A DNA stretch of 26,910 nucleotides from Folioceros fuciformis (Eukaryota): assembly GCA_049999805.1 (NCBI GenBank), contig JBNGIO010006255.1, forward strand, positions 618,922-645,831. Direction: 5' to 3'. Shown here piece by piece: positions 21,040 through 26,910 of the stretch. The notes under the pieces were generated by a model that saw only the letters and a program-made list of their open reading frames with translations, was not told the origin of the DNA and ran no database searches. The position numbers were made by a program, and so were the translations under genes. Position 1 is the first letter of the stretch. The number at the start of each line of letters is the position of its first letter.

Positions 21040-24000
21040 ATGGCCACCACAATTCTAGCACCCGCAATGCCGTGGACGACTTGTGCCTGCACGCCCACGT
21101 CCTGCTCCAGCACCTGCGGCAGCCAGAGGAGAGTGACCGGTGGCAACGCCGGTGCTGTGAATTCTGTGCTGGCTTCTGGAGCCTCCCTGCACGCTGCCTC
21201 TGCCTTCGCTTTGTGTGGTCGGGATTCAGGGCACGTTTCCGTGTCGCCCCAATACGCGCCTGCGTTTGGCGGTGGCGTGCGAGGGAGGCGGCAGAGGAGG
21301 CAGCTGAATGTGCATTTTGCATGGAAGGATTCCGGGAGTGAGGTGGGTGTGGGCAAGAGGAGATCCAGGGAGATGGACATTGCTTGTCAGAGATGGAGCG
21401 CTTTGTGTGGAGGTGGCCCCAGCTTCTTGTTGGGCGATGGTTACCTGTGGACCAGTTTTTGCAGCAAGGTGCAATTTGGTTCGGGAAGGCGTGGAATTCG
21501 GTCCTCATTCAGACCACAAGTGTGTATGTCTGTCGATTACTACTCCACTCTCGGAGTATCCAAGGGTGCTAGCAAGCAAGAGATCAAATCGGCTTACCGC
21601 AGATTGGCCCGTCAGGTACCCGAGCCTCATTTCCCCGGAAAGATGTGAGGCTATGGCTGCCAGTCCCTGCCTGAACATTTCACAATGTGCACCACATTTC
21701 TTCAACAGCAGGTCCTCCACGCCCTGTTACCCAATGGTCTGTGTTTAGAAACCTGGTTGATTGTATGCAGTATCATCCAGATGTAAACAAACAACCTGGA
21801 GCGGAGGAAAAGTTCAAGGAAATCAGTAATGCCTATGAGGTATCCTTGCTACTTCGATCTTCAGCGTTTAGAACTGGCAACCATTTAGCTGCCTTTCTGT
21901 TATGCTGTTCGAAGTATGCCACGATGTGGTGTAGCCTCCCTCAGATACGAATTTGCAATTGTTTGAGGCACGACATGTGCGCGTCTGCAGGTGCTCTCAG
22001 ATGACGAGAAAAGACCTCTATATGACCAGTTTGGGGAGGCAGGAGTTAAAGCTGGCGCAACAGGACCCGGAGCTGCTGCAGCAGGAGCATATGCTGTGAG
22101 CTCACTGTAGAAGTTGCTGGCTAGAAAGATAGCCTCATCAGTCATGGAGTCCATGATTGCCAACTCTCTTCTTGTGGGATGGTCAGCCTGTTCCAAGAAG
22201 CATGATTGGAGTCTCTGACAACAGTGTTTTGTTCTCGTGCCATGCAGACAAACCCCTTCGATCTGTTTGAATCCTTTTTTGGGGGCAACATGGGAGGAAT
22301 GGGTGGCATGGGTGGCATGGGAGGCATGGGAGGAATGGGGGGGATGGGTGGTTTTGGAACAGCACGCAAGCGCTCTGCTGCTGCGCAAGGTGATGACATA
22401 AGGTATGGCATTAGCTTTATTGAAGAGGGTAGTGCAGTTTGTAGTGGACGATGGGATGGCAACCTTGTGCTCGACGGCTGTTCACAGGTTGGGTGAATTT
22501 CGGGCTTGATGCATCCATTTTCTGCACGTGCAGGTTTGACATCTCTTTGGAGTTTGCTGATGCTATTTTTGGAGCGGAAAAGGAAATCGAAGCTTCGCAT
22601 CTGGAGACCTGCCGAACATGTGATGGGAGTGGCGCCAAAGCAGGAACAAGTAGCAAAACCTGTCAAACGTGTGGAGGGATGGGACAGGTGATGCGGACAC
22701 AGGAGACGCCTTTTGGCAGGTTCTCACAGGTGTGTTTCAGGCGTTTGTTGGCAGCTGAGGGCCTCGCATGTCATACTTGCATTGCCTACTAGTATGTATA
22801 CCCCTTTGTTTTTTGTGAGTGTGATGTGCAGTAGACTGCATCTGGAGCCTCATGATCATACCCTTATTTTGCTGTTTTGACATTGAGTCTGACCGGGGCT
22901 ATCGATAAGATACTGTTATCGTGAATTCTTCTGCGGTTTAGGTTTCCACTTGTACAACCTGCGGGGGTGAAGGTGAAGTCATCTCAGACTATTGCAGAAA
23001 ATGTGGTGGAGAGGGGCGGTTGCGGGTGAAAAAAAGCATAAAAGTGAAGATCCCTCCTGGTGTTAACAGCGGGAGCACCCTCAGAGTTCGAGGTGAAGGA
23101 GATGCCGGTCCAAGGGGGTAAGTTCTTGGTGGGCAATCCAAATCGTATCATTCATACCATAGTAGTGGATGTGATGCATCATGCCAAATTGTGTGTTTCA
23201 GTCTGTCGTTTGTTGCCTACCGTGTGTGCAGGGGGGCCCCTGGAGATCTCTATGTCTTTCTGAATGTAAAGGAAGCTCCTGGCATCCAAAGGGATGGCAT
23301 GGACTTGTACTCCACGGTGGCAATTAGTGTCACTGATGCTATTCTTGGGACAGTCATTCAGGTTATTTGTGCATCGATTCTCTCCATTTTTTGCTAGTTG
23401 GAAGAGAATGGATGTTGGCATGCTTTGTGTAGACTTTCAGGAGCATTCTATTAGAATCCTCCACTGACAGGTGATCTTTGATCCATAGGTCAAAACCGTG
23501 GAAGGTGTCACTGATCTCCAGATACCCTCTGGCACACAACCAGGTGATGTCCTTGTGATCGGAAGACTTGGGGTGCCAAAATTGAATAAGCCATCGGTTA
23601 GGGGCGACCACTATTTCACAATCAAGGTCACCATTCCGACTCGCTTGAGGTGCGTACCTGTTTTATCTTCAACTTATTGCTGGGCATGGTGCAACAAGTC
23701 TTGTACTGGAATAAGACAACTAATCTGCTTTGCTGTTTAACCTCAGTGAAGCGGAGCGTGCACTTGTGGAGAGCTTGGCAAACTTGCAACATAGGGCCAA
23801 GGGTTTTCGGGGAGGTCAATGGATGAACACGAACAGCAGGCCTCAGCGTAAGAAGAGTGTGCCGTAAAGCCGCAATACCACTAGTGCTGGAAGGGGCATG
23901 TGATTACTCGAGGGAGAAAGAGCAGAAAGAGTATTGGCATCTCCCTGAGCTACCTGGGTCTAAGATAGCAAAAGTCTAGAGCTGTTACATAAAGCTTGAA

Positions 24001-24569
24001 TGCTTTACAGATTTGTCGGTATACAGTGATCTGTCGCCAGGGCAATCCATTTTGCTGAGAGGAAGATAACATTTTAAGTCGTGAGAGAACGCGTAGTCCA
24101 TGCCGAAAAAGTCTTGGTTGTGCTGTGATGTTTCATTTGATGCATTGTTCTTGACTTTTTCACAAATTTCTTTCTTTGGCGAAGCCCACGCTCAGAGAAG
24201 GAACCTTCTTACAGGTGCAAATTCTCAAGAGAGTAGCGTTAGGTCTTCATCATCACCGGCGGTAGCCGATCGCGCAGAGAAGGTGGCTGGAGGTGACAAT
24301 GAGATACGTGATTCTGGTCTTTGGGGAGCAGTCAAGAACTTTGCTGGGTAAGTGCGTATACACCTCTCCAGTAGGAATATGGAGTGCCCATTTTCGTTCA
24401 AATTGTGAGTGCTGAACCATGATGGTGGTATCAGAACTGAAAAAACCAATTTCCGCCCTAGAGACCTGTCCTTACTGCTAACAGGAATGCGACTGACGTA
24501 GGTCTTGGACATAGATCAAGGATGGGGTTGTCTAAGGTTGTCATGGGGGCTTTGCTCAGTGGAAACTGA
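21040..24569 (+). CDS. dnaJ: Type I DnaJ/Hsp40 chaperone, plastid DJA-type (last exon uncertain)
   Basis: Exons 21040-21615, 21771-21839, 21991-22095, 22248-22402, 22534-22729, 22942-23117, 23232-23361, 23489-23649, 23747-23847, 24215-24347 and tentatively 24485-24569. J domain (DYYSTLGV...YHPD), G/F region, four CxxCxGxG motifs ([32 protein letters not shown]) and a C-terminal domain (KIPPGV, GDLYV, RGDHYF). Confidence 0.92.
22290..22352 (+). repeat. (MGG)n coding microsatellite in the DnaJ G/F region
   Basis: About seven 9-bp atggg.gg. units. Confidence 0.9.
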
Positions 24570-26910
24570 AAATGCGATTCGGGGTTTTCCTGGGGTTCTC
24601 TTTGTGCTCTGATTACAGAAAGATGGCAAGTGACATGAAGCCTGTGGTGAGAAACAATGTCTATGTTGTCAGGGGGAGTCGTCTTCTGTTTCGGCTATGC
24701 TTCAGCTGTTGAACACTTGAATGAGTCGTTGTCCTGTGACAGCGTGCTGCATGACGCCTGATCCTGCAGTTGTTTAAACAGCCCTCTTCCCCCACTCTGT
24801 GATCTGTCTGTAGCAGTCTGTCTGATCCATGTTCTGAGAACGGTGTGTGCACTACTTGGGGAGACTGGGCAGATATAGAGGGCAAAGTGAAATGTGTAAA
24901 TGTGCTGGACGATGAGTTGACAAACACAGACCTTGGTGATTTGGCTGCATGGTGGCTGCATGGATGATGTGGCAATCCTCACAGGCTAAAAGGAAGGAGT
25001 GGCAAGTTCGGATCCGTCACTCTTCAGTCATCGGTGTTACAAGATCCCTCATGTTTTATGCCTGGCTCAAGTGCCCCGTCCATCGGTGTAGCAGGGGCCC
25101 TAACAATTGTCACAGTCAGCCTTGTTCTCTACCCCGTGGTCCTGAGGGCTTGCATATGGGTTCTGAACTCCTTGCGGACGAAGTAGCAGCTGGGGTGCAT
25201 GGCGATGCTCCGCTAGGGAGCCCGTGTGCCTCTCGGTAGGAGGAGAGTGTAGAAAATTGATGAACCCCCTTTTCTTCTTTTCCTTTTCTTTGTGAGTAGT
25301 GAGGCAGTTTTGAGGCATAGTGGTTAGTTGTGTCAGTGATGCGCATTCTGAAGCTTCTCCTTTTGTGTTGGACGCTCCCGCTGGTACTAGATCGGCTGCT
25401 GCTGGGGCTCTCAAGTGGTTGAGGGATACGCTGTGACTCGTGTGAGTGAGAGACCATCGCTCCTCGACACCCCGAGGCGCGGAAGCTGTGGAGACGTTGA
25501 TATCTACTACCTATTTGCTGTGGCCATTGTTGTTCAGTCGTGATCACGGCCACGCAGCCGGCTTACATACTTGCTGCAACGCTTCCAGTGCGGATGAGAA
25601 ATAAGTTCATGGTTGTTATCACAGACAGTGAGTCCTGTTGCGAGCCCTGGTCGCAGCCCTAGAGTCCAGTGTCCCTAGTACCAGTGCAGACATGCTGCAC
25701 CCCCCCCTCGTTGATGTAAGCTGGTGTTACCACATGAGATATTTTTCCTTGTAATCCACCCAGACTGTCCCACCGGCCGCGGCTAGCCTCGCCTGGACAC
25801 GAAACAAAAAAAAATGCAAGCTCCGAGACAAACCTCCGACACACGACATTCTTTAGGACGATTTGTGTGAGAGAGACGGACAAGTGAAGACGACAAACCC
25901 GAACAACCGTAGCAGAAGACAGACGCTCCTGTCTCTCCTACGAAGGCAGTCCGCCCAATCCGTGCGCTGCTCTTCCCTGGTCCTGGTGCTCTCTGGTGAC
26001 ACGGCGTCACTGATCTTGTAAATCCCTAACACGATGGTGGTGTGGCCCACGGTACGATGACCCCCCTAGACCCTGCATCACTGCTAGTCACGGCCTTGAT
26101 CAGCAGAGCGGGGCAACGGGCATGTCCTGCCTACATGTATGCGACTCGTCCTGTCTCGGGTGTAATGCAGCAAGCTGGCAGCTGGCCTGTACAGCCCTGA
26201 GTCAAGCCAGTACGACGCCCTGGCTCTGGCCCTGGCCCCGGCTCCTAACAGCATCCGAAGGCTGCAAGGCTGCAAGCGGAAGAAAAGGCCGCTTTCCCAC
26301 CAACCCGCTTTTTGGCCTGAGCCGGCTTGACGTGCTGTTCCAGAACCCGCATTAAAGGCGTCTGCTCTCCACCGGTCCGGCATCGCGCCCTCGCTCTGGC
26401 CCTTGGCCATGCGGCCAGCATGGCGCCAACGGCGGCCCCAGCAGGAATTGAATGGAGTCGCGAGTCGCGACTCGCGCCAAGATGCTGTCAGTCGCGTTTC
26501 ACGACTCAGGACTCGCCACCTAAACCCCCTTGTCGGGCGTGGTCCAGTTCGCGTGCTCGACCTAATCGCCTTCCCCCGGGTTCGAACACCACGGGGAGCG
26601 TGGTCCTCGCCTGGGACGGGCTGGGCTGGGCTGGGCCGCCACACCTCCGCTTGCCTCCCCTGCTAACTTAACAGCACGAGAGCGTTGCCGAAGATTTGCG
26701 ATAGGGTTTGTCTGGTGTGGACGCAATTACATAAACTAGTGGCGGGGCCCGCTCCGTTTGAGTTGACAATGTCGACACAGGCGGAGGCCCGCGCACTGCC
26801 ATGGTTGCTGTCCCCACCACCATCATGCTCATCATCATTCAGGCGCCTTGACATACATCCCCCCAACCCCGCATCTCCCTCCCCCTTGTTATAACCCCCT
26901 CAACAATTAC

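Noticed and set aside
20747-21508. N-terminal part of the 317-aa ORF as an extension of COX16
   Set aside because: It is antisense to DnaJ exon 1, and COX16 similarity only starts near the ATG at 20746.
23848-24214. Possible intronic C/D snoRNA in the longest DnaJ intron
   Set aside because: Only a degenerate C box and scattered CTGA are present, with no convincing terminal stem or recognisable rRNA guide.
26663-26866. MGGCMS apparent myristoylation/palmitoylation signal
   Set aside because: The 'M' is a TTG codon, not ATG, so the signal is an artefact of the ORF caller.
1-26910. tRNA, rRNA, intact transposon or prokaryotic defence system
   Set aside because: I recognised no such sequence, terminal repeats or transposase/RT motifs.

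Overview
This is gene-dense eukaryotic nuclear DNA with short (mostly 70-190 bp) spliceosomal introns and plant-type proteins, most likely from a streptophyte alga or early-diverging land plant (inference). It is not prokaryotic, so most ORFs in the supplied track are exon fragments or shadow frames. Seven genes were reconstructed by hand. (1) A giant minus-strand protein running off the left edge, with a mitochondrial-type presequence, long Q/G/F repeat tracts, two PPR motifs, GRG repeats and a C-terminus resembling plant mitoribosomal protein At1g53645 (mS84). (2) Plastid inositol monophosphatase-like IMPL1, 10 exons, one GC-AG intron. (3) A secreted parallel beta-helix protein, 6 exons. (4) An intronless mitochondrial succinate/fumarate carrier. 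(5) Mitochondrial serine hydroxymethyltransferase, 15 exons. (6) COX16, 3 exons. (7) A plastid type-I DnaJ. A decayed copy of part of gene 1 lies just downstream of IMPL1. There are two short divergent promoters and three N gaps. The best novelty candidates are the repeat-expanded, PPR-containing mS84-like protein and the bacterial-looking beta-helix gene. Homolog assignments come from recalled sequences, not database searches.
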